A stretch of 64,000 bases of DNA from Trichoplax adhaerens (taxonomy: Eukaryota > Animalia > Placozoa), in contig NW_002060949.1 in NCBI RefSeq assembly GCF_000150275.1, positions 3,416,449-3,480,448 on the forward strand. Reading direction: 5' to 3'. Within the stretch, counting starts at the first letter, position 1. Each line of letters begins with the position of its first letter. Below, piece after piece: positions 42,301 through 56,030 of the stretch. The notes under the pieces were generated by a model. The model saw only the letters and a program-made list of their open reading frames with translations. It was not told the DNA's origin and made no database searches. The position numbers were made by a program, and so were the translations under genes.

Positions 42301-45300
42301 ATTTTAGCAGTTTTAACTTAAGCCGCATTTATCAATTGTATTTGCTATCTCACTAAGTACAGAACCGTTATTTTATACGCTTATTAGCAATTTTCACAAT
42401 TCGTTTTATAGACTGTTTCAATTATTAACACCATTTGTTACTTGGATATATTCTTACTGTATTGTATTCAAATATAAAATAGAATATTAAGTTTGCATTC
42501 GATCAAATGAATTATATCACTAAGGTTAGAACAAATCAAATTACTTTTGACTGTTAGGACTACTTCGGGCTGGTCATCAAATTCCAGTAGAACCATTCTT
42601 TGATACTGTAAAGGTAATTTGTAATATGCATATACGCGTATACATATATCACACACAAAAAGTTTCTAATGTACGGTATATGATCGATTTCATTAATGTA
42701 CCAGTTTCTGTGTTAAAGTTCTCTTAAAAAATTAAATTAAAAATCAGATAACGCTATCCGAGAGGAACTCAACTGAAATTATGAAAAGGGCAACCAAATG
42801 TAAATTAAATTTTCGAAAGTTCGATGAGACAACGGTACTTATGCTGAAATACGTACATTTTTATTTCTTATTCACAGTCTCCCTTTCTCCAGATTCAACT
42901 TATGTACATAGTATGACATAATTTGGTTTTTAGGTTAGCGTGACTTTAGACGAAACTGTGGACGAAAATGATTTAAATGATTTACTTTGGGTCTTTGGCC
43001 TATATTACAACGTTGTATGTATTACAGATTTATGGTAGATATTTTCGCTTTAGGTTATCGCAAGATTATATCTTATATTTTGCAAAGAAAGTAAATATCC
43101 TTTTACTGCTGTTCTAATACATATATATCGGATTGACAGGAAACACTAAGCCGTAAGATTGAAGCTGAAGGCAGAAAAGTTATCAGTGATGTTGTTGGCG
43201 GTCGGTTTGAAAGAGCTAGCCCATATTTACAACATCCTGTTTTTAACACTTATCACACTGAAACCGACATTGTTAGATACATGAAACATCTTGAGAATAA
43301 GGATTTATCTTTAGTTCATTCTATGATTCCCCTGGTACGCTGGAAACATAGTGATACATACTCAGATAGCTTGGTTTTAATTCAATTTTAAATAATCTTG
43401 TAGGGTTCCTGCACAATGAAACTTAATGGATCAACCGAATTAGAGGTTAGCATTCTTTTTTAAGCTAGGAATATTCAAACTAACCTGAATTCACAAATCG
43501 CTATCTCTAATCTAGCCCTCATCTATGCCTGAATTTTCTGAACTTCATCCTTTTATACCATCGGAACAAGCACAAGGCTACCGTACACTCTTTAAAGAAT
43601 TAGAAACAGATTTATGTGAAATAACTGGATTCGACAACGTTTGCTTCCAACCTAATAGGTATAGCTTTGATACTTTTAATCATACAAATACTTTAATAAG
43701 AAAATTTAAATCTTTAGCTTAAAAGTCTTTGTTAATTACTTCAATATATAGTGGCGCTCAAGGGGAATATACTGGTCTACGAACAATCAAGCAATACTAT
43801 GAATACCATGGGCAAGGCCATCGAAATGTAAGACGTCATTAATAAAATTAACATGTACGTACTCATGTTATGAAATTATTTGTTCACGGATGCCTTTTGC
43901 TATATTTTAGGTCTGCCTAATACCTAAATCTGCCCATGGTACTAATCCAGCTAGTGCAACTATGGCTGGATTGAAAGTTGAGGAAGTTGCTGTTGATCAG
44001 AAGACAGGATATATTGATATGCTTGACTTGAAAAAGAAGGTTCAATCAATTAATTTTTTCTCATCATAATTGGTGTTTTGATAAGCTGTCGTATTAAATG
44101 AATCATTTATTACTTATCTTCATCTATCTTGTACTGTATTCCGTAATTAGGCTGAAAAATTTAAAGATACACTAATTTCGTTTATGGTAACATATCCTTC
44201 TACGTATGGTATCTTCGAGGAGAATATTCGGTAATTTTTAGCTTTAAATGATAATGCATACTTTTTCTGCCTCTTAAATTATTTTTTCTATTGGTTTAAA
44301 CTTTAGTGAAATGTGTGACTTAATTCATGACTTTGGGGGCCAGGTATACATGGATGGTGCAAATATGAACGCACAAGTTGGTATATGCCGCCCGGGAGAC
44401 TTTGGAGCTGATGTTTCCCATCTTAACTTACATAAGACATTTTGCATTCCTCATGGCGGTGGTGGTCCAGGAATGGGTCCAATTGGAGTGTATGTAAAAT
44501 TCTTTTTTTTTAAGTTGAACGATAGGTATTAGCATTAGTTGTAATCTTGAATTTGATCTTCAGGAAACGACATCTTACACCGTTTTTACCAACCCATCCA
44601 ATTACTCCTCCCGCTACTGAAGGAGAGTTACACCCTTTTGGAGTGATCTCATCATCAGCATGGGGATCTTCTGCGATCTTACCTATATCGTGGGCTTATA
44701 TTAAATTAATGGGTCGTAAAGGATTAAAGCATGCATCGGAGGTACAGTACTATAATGTGCTATGTTTGACATAATAAATTATAACTTATCGCATTCTTGT
44801 CGTGTACAACATAGATTGCTATCCTAAACGCTAATTATATGGCGAAAAGATTAAGTAAATACTACAACTTGCAGTTTACAGGCGAAAATGGTAAATAACC
44901 GACTGACCTTATATTCTCTTACTACAGTATTGCATCGCTATACAATATAAATATTTGATATTGATCTTATTTAAAGGTTACGTAGCACATGAATTCATAC
45001 TTGATGTAACACCATTCAAAAGTGTAAAAATCGAAGCTATAGATATCGCTAAACGACTACAAGATTATGGTATAAAATTGTATTGACTATTTGAGTAATG
45101 ATTAGCGGAATTGACTATGCTTGCTAACAGAAATTATCATCAATATCGTCAATTTTACGTAATTAGGTTTTCATGCTCCTACAATGTCATGGCCTGTAGT
45201 AGGCGCTTTAATGATCGAACCTACCGAATGTGAAAGTAAAATGGAAATGGATCGATATTGCGATGCCCTCATTCGTAAGTCGTTAGTAGCTTTGCATTCT

Positions 45301-45924
45301 TATTAAAATACTTAAAATGCTATTTATTTACGTCGTCAATGAATTGTGCGTATGCTCAGAAATTCGACAAGAAATAATGAACATTGAGGAGGGAAAAATG
45401 GATCCAGTTGTAAATCCATTGAAGGTCAGTACTTACATTCTTGCTGGTCGATTGATTGATTTACTTTGCAACATTCTGTATCATACTAAAGTGTTTTACA
45501 CGAATAACAGATGGCACCACATACGCAGCAAATTGTATCATCCAGTAACTGGAATCGGCCATACTCAAGGGAGCAGGCAGTTTATCCAGCTGTAAGTTTA
45601 TGGGTGTTTAAATTATATTGCTACATTAGCAGAAATCTTTTTTGTAAAATTATGTAAAAGCTACTCAGGTTTAGTGATTTAAAAAATCTCTTGTTTGCAA
45701 TCAATGTGAAAAGCTTTCATAAGCGACATAAGTTAAACTGAATCTTTATTCATTATATCTGACTCTATTAGCCGTGGTTGCGGTATAAAAAGTTCTGGCC
45801 CTCGTGCGCTCGAGTAAATGATGAATATGGTGATCGCAACTTAGTATGTACATGCCCTCCAATGGATTCATATGAATCTAAAGCGCCTGAAGTTATCGCA
45901 GATAAAGCGAAAATGACTGCTTAA
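36371..45924 (+). CDS. GLDC: Glycine dehydrogenase (decarboxylating), glycine cleavage P protein, mitochondrial; 27 exons, about 1033-1037 aa
   Basis: Exons (GT-AG, in frame): 36371-36640, 37404-37482, 37782-37917, 39300-39464, 40989 or 41001-41078, 41168-41315, 41402-41513, 41716-41800, 41889-41985, 42190-42295, 42558-42613, 42748-42834, 42934-43014, 43140-43334, 43404-43445, 43516-43658, 43752-43827, 43911-44039, 44151-44230, 44307-44489, 44564-44741, 44815-44890, 44977-45069, 45167-45274, 45360-45424, 45511-45591, 45772-45924 (TAA). Motifs: Arg/Ser-rich transit peptide, [60 protein letters not shown]-lysine motif [29 protein letters not shown]. Confidence 0.97.
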
Positions 45925-47223
45925 GTTAATAAATATTGATAATGCGCGATATTTTGAGTGAATCGTATCTGATGATTTACAATCAAAATTTCATAAAAAT
46001 TGAGCAAATAAGTCCGCAGATAGCGATTTAAATACTGAACATACTTCAAACAATCTCATGTATTTATTTGCTTAAAATTTTAAATGGTGTTATGTATCGA
46101 ATCTTTTGTTTATGACGTTTTGATAATTATGTTAGTACAATATTAGCCAACCAATTTGATTTCTAATTTAACTGGATATACTAAATTCCCTTGCGCACGG
46201 AATATAGACTTTTTCGGTAGATCTGTATTTATACCAATTTGCTTAAAAGTAAAAAATCCTGCTCAAAACTTGAATATTTAAACCCATTCTTTGCCTCCAT
46301 TTGAAAATTCGTTTCTTTGAATATAATTAACGATATAGGCTGGCTCAGTTTTTAATGAGCCATGAAATTTAAATGGTCCGATCCAATTTTCTTTATACTA
46401 CTGATAATGGTATATTTTGAATATAAATGACTATGCAAGATTAATGCAAACTATACTAATAAAATGTCAGTTCAGTGATATCTGTAATCAATGCTTTTGT
46501 TGCAACTTGTACGAATCTTTTACAGGCATGAGTTTCTTTACATTATTTTAATCTAAACATATTATGTTTTCGTTATACTTATCTATGAACACATTTAGAT
46601 AAGAGATTGATAGATGGCAAATACTATTGTAAGTTAAGGCATACGACGTACAAGTGTTTACTCAATATAATTCGGAACTAATGCTGTGATCCCAACGCTT
46701 ATGACGTTAAAAGATACTTCTCACTCATGAATTAAAGTTAAAACTTATCGCAACAAGCTGGTGCGATTTTCCTACACTATAGCTGTAACAAATCTATTCA
46801 ATTACTAAATTCTCTAAAAATATAAAGAAATCAAATTAAAATAAAGGACTATTAACAAGTTTATAGAAAATATGGACGATACACTTTAGCAGTTTAGATC
46901 ATTTATGATGCTCACTTTTAGGTATGAGTAGATCTAAGGTTGCATTAAGCCCGTATGAATAACTTAATACTGAGGATATGTTATACATAAATATCTGCGG
47001 GTCTTTACAGGTTAAAAATGTGGAACAGACGATGCAGTATCGATAAATATAATTGACTATTACAGTTGTAGCAATAAAGTAAAAAGACCATTGTTAATCA
47101 TTTACCTGTAATTAACTTAATATTCTAATTAAATTGAAACATTTCATAGGTTGTAAGCGATTGAGTCTTTAATAGATCCGAAGAAGTGATTATTACTAAT
47201 TGCTTGGTAATTCATAATCATAA

Positions 47224-47638
47224 ACTCTTTAAGTTTGCTATACTAAGATTCAAGAATACAGTATACGATACCAATGCTGGCTTACTAAAGATTGTAGGGA
47301 AGTACAGATGCACATACCGCTTTCATTTTACAACTATTCAGTATATTACATCCATTCATATCTATACTCAAACAATCGATGTTACAAGAAGACCTTTTTC
47401 TAATCTAAAATATAATATGTAGTAGTATATCAATACTCTCAAGTTTGCTATACTAAGATCCAAGAATATACGATACTAATGCTGGCTTACTAAAGATTGT
47501 AGGGAAGTACAGATGCATATACCACTTTCATTTTACAACTATTCAGTACATTACATCCATTCATATCTATGCTCAAACAATCGATGCTACAAGAAGACCT
47601 TTTTCTAATCTAAAATATAATATATTGTAGTATATCAA
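47224..47638 (+). repeat. Recent tandem duplication, 2 copies of about 207 bp
   Basis: 47224-47434 and 47435-47638 are near-identical (aagtttgctatactaagat...gtagggaagtacagatgca...ctaaaatataatat). Confidence 0.95.
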
Positions 47639-48779
47639 CAATCTATGTTAAGTTATCTACGTTGTTGATGGTGTTGAAAAGCACCACTTGATTATGATCC
47701 CATAAATTATTTATCATTATTTTTCCTATGCTTCTTTACCAAATAATAAATGTACGACATGCACAAGTAGTCTATACCAGTATCTGAAAACAAGTCCTGT
47801 TAGAAAATAGCTTCTGTGACTAAAGTACGTTACCACTAATTATTTAATACACCTTTAATTAAGCAGATCAATTCCATAGACCTTGATTTGTAGATATGTA
47901 TACATCATTTTTAATTACTATCTATGCAGTATACAAGCATTTAATTAACAATTCATGTAAAAACAAAAAGTTCTTCCCGACTAAAGTAATAAGTCGGGAC
48001 AATAAATAATTTATAAGGCTATGGCGATGTTGTACTCTCTGCATGGGAAATGTAGCTATCAACGTGAGAAAATATCAATTGACTAAGTTAGGTATTGGTC
48101 TATAAATTAGCCTATCAATCGTAGTATTGCAGCAATGACGATACATTAATTCTTTGGTTGTCATAGAAACTGAAAATGCTAATTAACATTGTAAAAATGT
48201 TCATGGCCACATCTGTTATAAACAATCAATTCCTCGGGTGGGATGGAATGTTAGCAGCAAACTAGCCTACAGCAACAAAAGAGTTAGAGCATACAATTCA
48301 ATATAAATTAATTCATTATTAATAACAAAAAAAAAGACTTTCATTTTACATTTATTATAGTTAGGATGGATAGCGAAGCCAATCCGTTGACGATGGTTAT
48401 GCTAGTTTTGTGCCCTAACTGCAATTAATAATCTCTAGTTTATCGCCTTCTGAACAGCATTGAGCTCTGGCATTAAACAACTGTTTTTGATCGAATGATC
48501 ACTTCATTGCTGCTGTAAACATTAGAACTTAAAGGAAAGGTAAGTTTTTCTTAAATGATCGACAGGGAAGATGTACTGGATAGATAGTAAATGGTGAGTA
48601 TTTACTGTTCATTTTCATAAAACGTGAAAGAAAATTGATTTTTGTTTATAATTACGTATGATTTTCTAAATGTGATCAAAAATTGGGGATGTAAAATTGC
48701 GTTTGCCTGATATTATCAATCTATGAATAGCTTTTATCACCTTTACCTCGTCTTCATGACTTTGGGATAGTATAGTGAA

Positions 48780-49900
48780 GTTGGAAGTTTATAAAATGAA
48801 TATCATTGGTATAACGAAGTTGATTTCTGCTCATATTACCGTAGCATAAGATGTTTTACTATAGATAATCTCAAGTATCAAGTAGCTCTTGCATGTTTTA
48901 TTGAAGTCATAAACTTATAATATGATCATAACTGCTACGTTAGCGAAGTGAATTCTTGCTCCTATATTAGCTTATTTTTTTCCAAGATTAGTTGACTGTC
49001 TTCGTAGTGTAATAGCTTTAACTTACTGCTAAATAATCCCAAGTCTCTAGTATGGTAGCCCTTGAATATTATGTTGAAGTCATAAACTTATAACATGATC
49101 ATAACTACTACATTAATGAAACCAATTCTTGCTCAGATATAAGCTTATTCTCTTCTAAGATTAGTTTATACCATGTTTGATAGCCAACTTACCGTTCGAT
49201 GATCTTAAAAGAATATAAATGTTACGATTTAACTGTCAGCTTTTAGTTTATAAAATGATCATCGTAATAATATTAATTTCTTGCTCTTATTAACTTGTGA
49301 TATTTTCAAGATTAGTTTATATACTGTTATGAATACAGTAACAACTTTTACTTGCTCTCTACTTATGAGGGTTTTGTAGTCAATTAAATAAGCGAAAACC
49401 TTACAGAGTCATCATTGCTGATTAAAAAACTAGTGTTTTTCTTTCCATGTTAGTATATAATTTTCTAAGTTAGATCAAATATCATTCTTCGAAATTCGAT
49501 TCTGCCTACCATTATTAGTAGAGTAATAACTTTAACCTACCTTTGACTGATTGAAAGAAGTTATAAATGTTATAGATAGGAGAATAAATTATGAAATAAT
49601 CATCATCCGTGAACAAAATTAATTCCTACCGATGTTATGTGACGCTATATCTAAATAACATCAACTACCGAGTATCTTATTTCAAAAATGGATTTTAGCT
49701 TCCGTAATGGATAGAGTAGTAGCGGTTAATTTACATTTAGCTATTTTAAAAGAATTTATCAATGCTATTAGTAACAGAGCGCCTTACTAAACGACCGTCA
49801 TCTGAAATTGACTCCTGATTATGCTAGTCAAAGCATTTCTAAACTAGACAAAACGTCATTTTATTTCAAAATTGGACTTTGTCTACCTTCGTCAATTGAG
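48780..49900 (+). repeat. Degenerate tandem array of 150-170 bp units
   Basis: Best copies near 48899-49070 and 49071-49230 (ttgaagtcataaacttataa.atgatcataact...aattcttgctc...aagattagtt), with decayed copies on both sides. Confidence 0.7.
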
Positions 49901-51206
49901 CAATAGTTTTACTAATCTTTTTTGGCTGGTGTGGATACTTTTTGAATGCTACGTTTAAGACTACCTACACCGACACTGATATTTAACATTTTGATCCGAT
50001 TCCTCTAGAGACTGGGATATTGACTAGATCAATCTGTGAATATTTTGAACCTCTTGAAGGAAAGAATTAAGTAATTTAATTTTCACTCTGGAAAATATTC
50101 ATCTACTAATAAATTCAGATTACACCTTCGCCATTCCATCGCAAGTTGAAGAAAATTTCCCATCAATAGGTATGGCGCACGATATTGATTTACACTTTTG
50201 AAGGTTTTACACCTCTATACGATTACTTTAAATAAACTATCAACACTATTCTTACGTTGATCATTTGAGTATAAACATATCGCCTTTGCTACTTTTTATT
50301 TAATCCGTATTATAAATTCAAATGTAACTCGTCAATCGTCGTTAGCAATCTCTAAATAGCAAAATAAACGTATAGACAATCAGATATCGATAGTTTATCC
50401 TGCTGTATCTCTACACGATAGCACTTTTAGAATCGAAGGATTAATTTTACTTCCATAATGTTATAGTACAACAAATGTAAGGTTATAATTAACCGAATAG
50501 AAATATTTTCATTCTTTTACATCAGCATCCGGCTACAATTTTATGAGTTGGAAGAGCGAAATGATCGAGTAAAGTTCATTAATCCTTTTATTAGCATCAT
50601 TCATTCTCTGTCCAGGAATAGTTAGCAACCTATATCTACCGTTCCATAATTTATTTTAAGAGCATTAGTAAATCATTGGTTGAAATACTTGCATCAAATC
50701 AGTTCATGAGAAAGAAGATCTGGTGTTTTCTATGATTTCACAGTATAATAAACCGACGATTGCTGTCAGTGTCCAATGATTTGTAGAATATTTCAACTCT
50801 ATCCTATAAATAGACTTTGTTCATCAAATGATCTCCAATGTTTGCATATACTGTTATCCGGCCAGAATAACAATCCATTTTACGTTAGCCTTTCTTGCTT
50901 TCTTATAATATGTTGTCGGAATTCGACTAAAATAGATTATGACGTGTTAAAGAATAATCTCGTAGCAGCTATACAATCAACGTAGACTCAAATAGCTTTC
51001 GATTTTTCACCCTTGTTGAGTTCTTTATTTTACCATAAAATGTCTAGAGTCAATAGCTAATAAAAGAATAGTTTGCCATATTAAAGGAAAGCATCTTCTT
51101 ATCATAATAGGCTTGAATAGTTACAAGTAAACTTTCAAGATGATCTCGATAGTTATCACGATATCGTAGTCGCGATTGTACATAACTATTAATTTAATTG
51201 CCAGGC

Positions 51207-53355
51207 TTGAAAATCAAAGTTACTCGCAATTTCGGGTTCAAGCAAGCCTCAATTGCTTTCGTCTAATAATCTAAGTATTCCAATCTCATTTAAAAGAGTT
51301 TACTTCCTAATATAAATACCGTCTGAAAATTTTAACACACCAATAGTGATAACCGATGATCCGGTAAATTCTTACTATGCACATTAAGTACAAGTACTGG
51401 TACCAAATTGTCGCTTTTAGTCTGCCATGGCGATTTAATCAAGTACAAATGAGTATAATTTAACATTTCAATTTCACCGAGTCATCTATCAATAATTTTT
51501 TAAACTAGTCGATGGCTATTTACCGTTACATTTCGCTTATTATTTTAACAGCTTTATTTGCGAATAACGTAATAAAAATTGTCTTCGTGGCATGTACTGG
51601 ATTGTAGTAGTCTTTAGCTACTCAATTTAGGGAGAACTAATTTTCAATGGCATGTATTTGCTAGTTTGTTAGTTTATTTATTGAGAGCCAACTTGAACCT
51701 AGTAAGAAATGAATCTAATCCTTTAATATCATATCATATCTATTTATCATTTTATCGATCGGGAACCCGATTCATATCTAGCAAGAAATAAGTTATTCTC
51801 TTTCAAGTCGTAGTCTTTCATTGTCCGTATTGGGTAGAACTAATGCCTTATTATATCTACCGATAAGTTTATTAATTTATCGCTAAGGAATCCGCTCATA
51901 TATAGTAAGAAGTAAATTATGATACCTGAAGTAGTAGTCTTTAAATAGTATTGTTACATAGAACCAATTCTATATTATATCTTCTGATGAGATTAATTAT
52001 CGATTGAGAATTCGCTCTTAACTAGCAAGAAGTAAATTATTACTCCTTAAGTAGTAATTTTTAAATACTTTACAACACAGAGTTAATTCGATATTATGCC
52101 TCCTGATTCAATTATTAATTTATCGACGGGGAATAAACTATTATCTGACAAGAAGTAAATTATTTTACCTTAAAAAGTAGTCTTTAAATACTTGTACTAT
52201 GTAGAATTAATTCTATATTATATCTCCTGATTAAATTTAATAATTTATCGATAGGGAATAAGCCCCTATCTAGCAAGATAAATAAATTACCGGTATTATT
52301 TTTGTTGTTATCCGTTCTAGTGAATTAAAATAGAACCACACGGTAAATTTCGCTATGCTATGCTTGACAAGAGATCGCCTAATAAAAAGATAATCAACTA
52401 GATTCATCCGGTACTAATAGAACAGATTTGTAACTATCAATTATCTGATTTGAACGGAAGAGCAGTAAACAAATACCAATCATAACAGAGCTTGATAAAC
52501 AATACTGTGAAGATTAAGATTGCACTTTTTCTTATTCAACTTGAACTCCTGTCTAGTATAATTGTTATCATTCAATTTTACAGCATTAGAGTTTATTTCA
52601 CACTCAATGATTCTTTTAACAGTAGATGCTTAAAATTGTATTTGAAAGATTACTCTTACTGACAAGTTGAAACCCACTACTTTCTTACAGGATTGATTAT
52701 TGACATATTTACAACTACGCTTGATTAGTCTAGAGATAAAAGCTCCATCTCCAGCTTATCCTCCCCCGTTACTACCGTTATTGATTATATATATATATAA
52801 ACATATATAACATATATCAATAACATAGACAATTTAAAGAATCAAGTTTAGAGATCATTAGCTGAAAAGCAAGAAAAAAATCGCGTAAGAAATCTCCGGA
52901 TATTATTTCAATTTCCTCCCCCACCCATCGGAAACTCCTAAAGAATAATATAGCTAATCTTATACCAATGAAGATGATAATCTACAGTTCTACCATACTA
53001 TTCCTGGCGTATGGTCTTAGTATGAATACAATTATTTGAAATTTAAGTTTCGAGCTATCGATTGAAAGATCTGCCCAAATTTTCGACCGTATTTCTCCGA
53101 CAATCTGTTATTTCTGGTTGTTACTTTCGTTCGATTATAATTATATGTTCATCAAGAAGATTGTCAGATTTGGAAATCGAAGTTGCTTGCAATTTCGGGC
53201 TCCTAATTAATCAAGTCTGGATTGCTTTCGTTCTAATAATTTGGGTAGTCCAATTTCATTCACAAGAGTTTACTTATTAATATTAATTAATACCGGCTGG
53301 AAATTTTAACACACTAATGGTGATAACCGACGATCCAGCAAATTCTTATTATGCA
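51207..53355 (+). repeat. Dispersed direct repeat pair, about 180 bp each (51207-51381 and 53170-53355)
   Basis: Shared gcaatttcggg...attgctttcgt..ctaataat...aagagtttactt...aaattttaacacac.aat.gtgataaccga.gatcc...aaattctta.tatgca. Confidence 0.85.
51600..52290 (+). repeat. Tandem array of about 5-6 copies of 118 bp
   Basis: Recurring aatttatcga..gggaat...tagcaagaagtaaattat...gtagtctttaaata...aattctatattatatct.ctgat. Confidence 0.85.
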
Positions 53356-53551
53356 TCCTAAAGGAGATCAATACTCAACCTATTCGATATATTATATTCA
53401 ATTCTATTGAAAGACCAGAACGAAGGTGTAGCTACCTACTCAAAATTAATCTTTACTTCCATTCATTACCAATATAGCGGATACAATCCATTTTACCTGA
53501 GCGTAAAAAAACAGTTCTCTATTAATCTATTGCATTTAAAAGATCATCGAG

Positions 53552-55495
53552 ATGGCTATTACTAAAGCTGTTGCCGAAAGGAGATGGCAACAAGTTCGCT
53601 TATTAACTGAACTATTCTATGATGTTAATTCAAGAGATCATCGCGGATATACACCATTAATACAGACTATTTACATTGATAATGAGCGTAAAGCGATTGG
53701 TGTGGCTAAATATTTGTTAAATCACGGCGCTAAAGTTGGTATCACAGACAAGCAAGGTTTAAATGCATTAATGCATGCCTGTAAGGAAGATCGCGAACGT
53801 TTAGCTTTACTCTTTCTAAGTGAGAGAGATTTTGATTTAAATCATAGCGATCATGATGGAAATACTGCCTTAATTTATACCGCTATTACAGGAAATATTA
53901 TTATATTAAATAAATTGCTAGCCGAGATGAAAAAGTACAAATTAACTACGGATAAAGCCAATCGTGATGGTATTACTGCTTTAATTGCAGCTGCACAACA
54001 TGGCAATATTTTATGTACTAGAATATTAATTTCTATTGGTCGCGCTTCTGTTGGTATTCGCGATAATAAATATCATCGGACCGCTAAAGAATGGGAAACC
54101 ACTCGTACTAGTCGTGATTTAGCATCTAAATCGCCCTTATTTCAACTTATTGCTGCTTCCAGTAATAATTCATCATTAACTAGTTCATTATCTAGCTCGC
54201 GATCGCAAAGTATATCTACTCCAGTGGTATCCACTCCACGTCGTCGGCCAAGATCGGCCGTGACTAATTATCAACAATCTCGATCTGTAACCAAAAGCCG
54301 TCCAAATGAAATCATTACAAGCAAAAAACAACCTCGAGCTGTCTCTGCGGGTCCATATCGGCGCCCATTAACTCAACCATTAATGAGTAAACGTAATGCA
54401 TCTGTGGAAATTTTACCATTACGTCAATATTCGACATTAAGTAACGATGATGGGCAAAATCAAGCAGTCTTAACACCACTAAACAAATTGATGCTAATTT
54501 ATCAAGCTCAATATGCACCGTCGTATAAGGCTGGGGTTAAATCCGTTAATGATGATAAATGTTCTGGTCGTAGTTTATCGCCAGCCAGTACCATTGATCG
54601 TGAAAATAGTGAAACAAGTGAACTTGGCCACAGTATATCATCGATTGCAAAGCGTAGGATGAGTTTAAGTCGTCTAGTTGGATTAACTCGATCAAGGCGT
54701 GATAGTACAGCTTCCAATAGTAGCACCAGCTCATTTAGTAAATTAGCCAAGAAAGCCTTGGCAATAACCAGATCGGAAATAAGTAATAAAATTACCGGCA
54801 ATAGCCACGATGAAAGTGATCATGATCGTAAGAGTGAAAATCGTGATGATGTTCGATTGTCACGATTTCGATCTTATTCTGATATTCGTTATGATCAGGA
54901 AAAAAGTGAAGACGACAAAGCAAGAATTCGATCAAAATTCATGGTTAAATTTCAATTATCGCAGCGTAAAGGTGGCGATTCTAATGATCAAGAAAACGAT
55001 CAGGAGAATTTCTTTCCTTCCAATAAATTGCCAACACCAATGGAGAGTTCACATCAACGCATCTTGGCAGCAACAAAGTTAGTTTCACTCTATAAAGAGA
55101 CTAAAAATAAGACCGCACAAGATAGAAAAAATGCTGAAAAAGACCAAGTATCTAAAGAACAACATGATGATATTCATACTCCCTTAGCACAGGACGATAC
55201 ACCTTCCAACGAATCGAAACATTTTTCTCCTCCCTCATCTTCTCCTACTCTTTCTACTGCTGACCATCTAAACCAAGTCGAGGATGATACTAATATCGAT
55301 AACCATAATGCTGAAGAAGAGAATACTATAGACGATGAGAATTGTGACGAAAATGATGCCGATCTCTTAAATAATCGTCCACAATTTACATATGATACCA
55401 TTGGAGCGATCAATAAATTTAGTAAACAATTTAAAATTATAAAAGATCAATCTAAAATAAGATTTCCTACCGTGATAGAAGCTGATGAAGAGTAG
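53552..55495 (+). CDS. Ankyrin-repeat protein, ANKRD63/ANKRD34-like, with long Ser/Arg-rich disordered C-terminus (647 aa)
   Basis: Single long ORF with about 5 N-terminal ankyrin repeats (GYTPLI, GLNALMHAC, GNTALIYTA, GITALIAAA). The segment KKYKLTTDKANRDGITALIAAAQHG resembles the last repeat of ANKRD63 as I recall it. A short upstream coding exon cannot be excluded. Confidence 0.85.
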   Translation: MAITKAVAERRWQQVRLLTELFYDVNSRDHRGYTPLIQTIYIDNERKAIGVAKYLLNHGAKVGITDKQGLNALMHACKEDRERLALLFLSERDFDLNHSDHDGNTALIYTAITGNIIILNKLLAEMKKYKLTTDKANRDGITALIAAAQHGNILCTRILISIGRASVGIRDNKYHRTAKEWETTRTSRDLASKSPLFQLIAASSNNSSLTSSLSSSRSQSISTPVVSTPRRRPRSAVTNYQQSRSVTKSRPNEIITSKKQPRAVSAGPYRRPLTQPLMSKRNASVEILPLRQYSTLSNDDGQNQAVLTPLNKLMLIYQAQYAPSYKAGVKSVNDDKCSGRSLSPASTIDRENSETSELGHSISSIAKRRMSLSRLVGLTRSRRDSTASNSSTSSFSKLAKKALAITRSEISNKITGNSHDESDHDRKSENRDDVRLSRFRSYSDIRYDQEKSEDDKARIRSKFMVKFQLSQRKGGDSNDQENDQENFFPSNKLPTPMESSHQRILAATKLVSLYKETKNKTAQDRKNAEKDQVSKEQHDDIHTPLAQDDTPSNESKHFSPPSSSPTLSTADHLNQVEDDTNIDNHNAEEENTIDDENCDENDADLLNNRPQFTYDTIGAINKFSKQFKIIKDQSKIRFPTVIEADEE

Positions 55496-56030
55496 TGCAA
55501 TCCTTAGAAGAGGATATCACCTAGAAATAAGAACGTAAAAGAGGAGAATATTGACCAGAAATGAAGCAGATCTCTTAATTTAGGGCTGGGACTGGACTGT
55601 GCCGAGAGCTACAGACTCTTAAATGATTGTTCACAATTTGCATAGGGTACCAATGGAGCCATCGATAAATTTAGTAAATGATTTAAAATAAAATTTCTAA
55701 CCATGATGGAAGCTGACGAAAAGCAGAAGAATCTTTAGAAGGTATTTTATACGAATAATAAATTTAGAAAGGAGAATATTGGCCAGCAATGATGCTAGTC
55801 TCTTAAATAATTGTCACAATAAGCATGCGATACCATTGGAGCCTTTAATAAATTTCCTATCGTGATGGAACATGATTAAGAGTAAGGAATCCTTAGAAGA
55901 GGATATATCATACAAATAATAACGTCGAGAAGAGAAATATCGGCCCGAAATGATGTACATATCTTAAATAATCATCCGCAATTTACACTCGATATCACTA
56001 AAGTAATCAATAAATTTAGTAAAAAATTTA
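55335..56030 (+). repeat. Tandem array of about 4 units of 150-230 bp overlapping the ankyrin-gene C-terminus and 3' UTR
   Basis: aaatgatgc.gatctcttaaataat...caattt...gataccattggagc...aataaattt...gtgat.gaagctga...aatccttagaagaggatat recurs near 55350, 55610, 55788 and 55948. Confidence 0.85.

Noticed and set aside
47975-47999. Short hairpins (tcccgact...agtcggga; similar ones near 26450 and 46340)
   Set aside because: Stems of 7-8 bp are expected by chance in 64 kb, and bacterial-type terminators do not apply here.
54315-55413. Antisense and alternate-frame ORFs inside the ankyrin gene
   Set aside because: Shadow ORFs of a long coding exon with no recognisable motifs.
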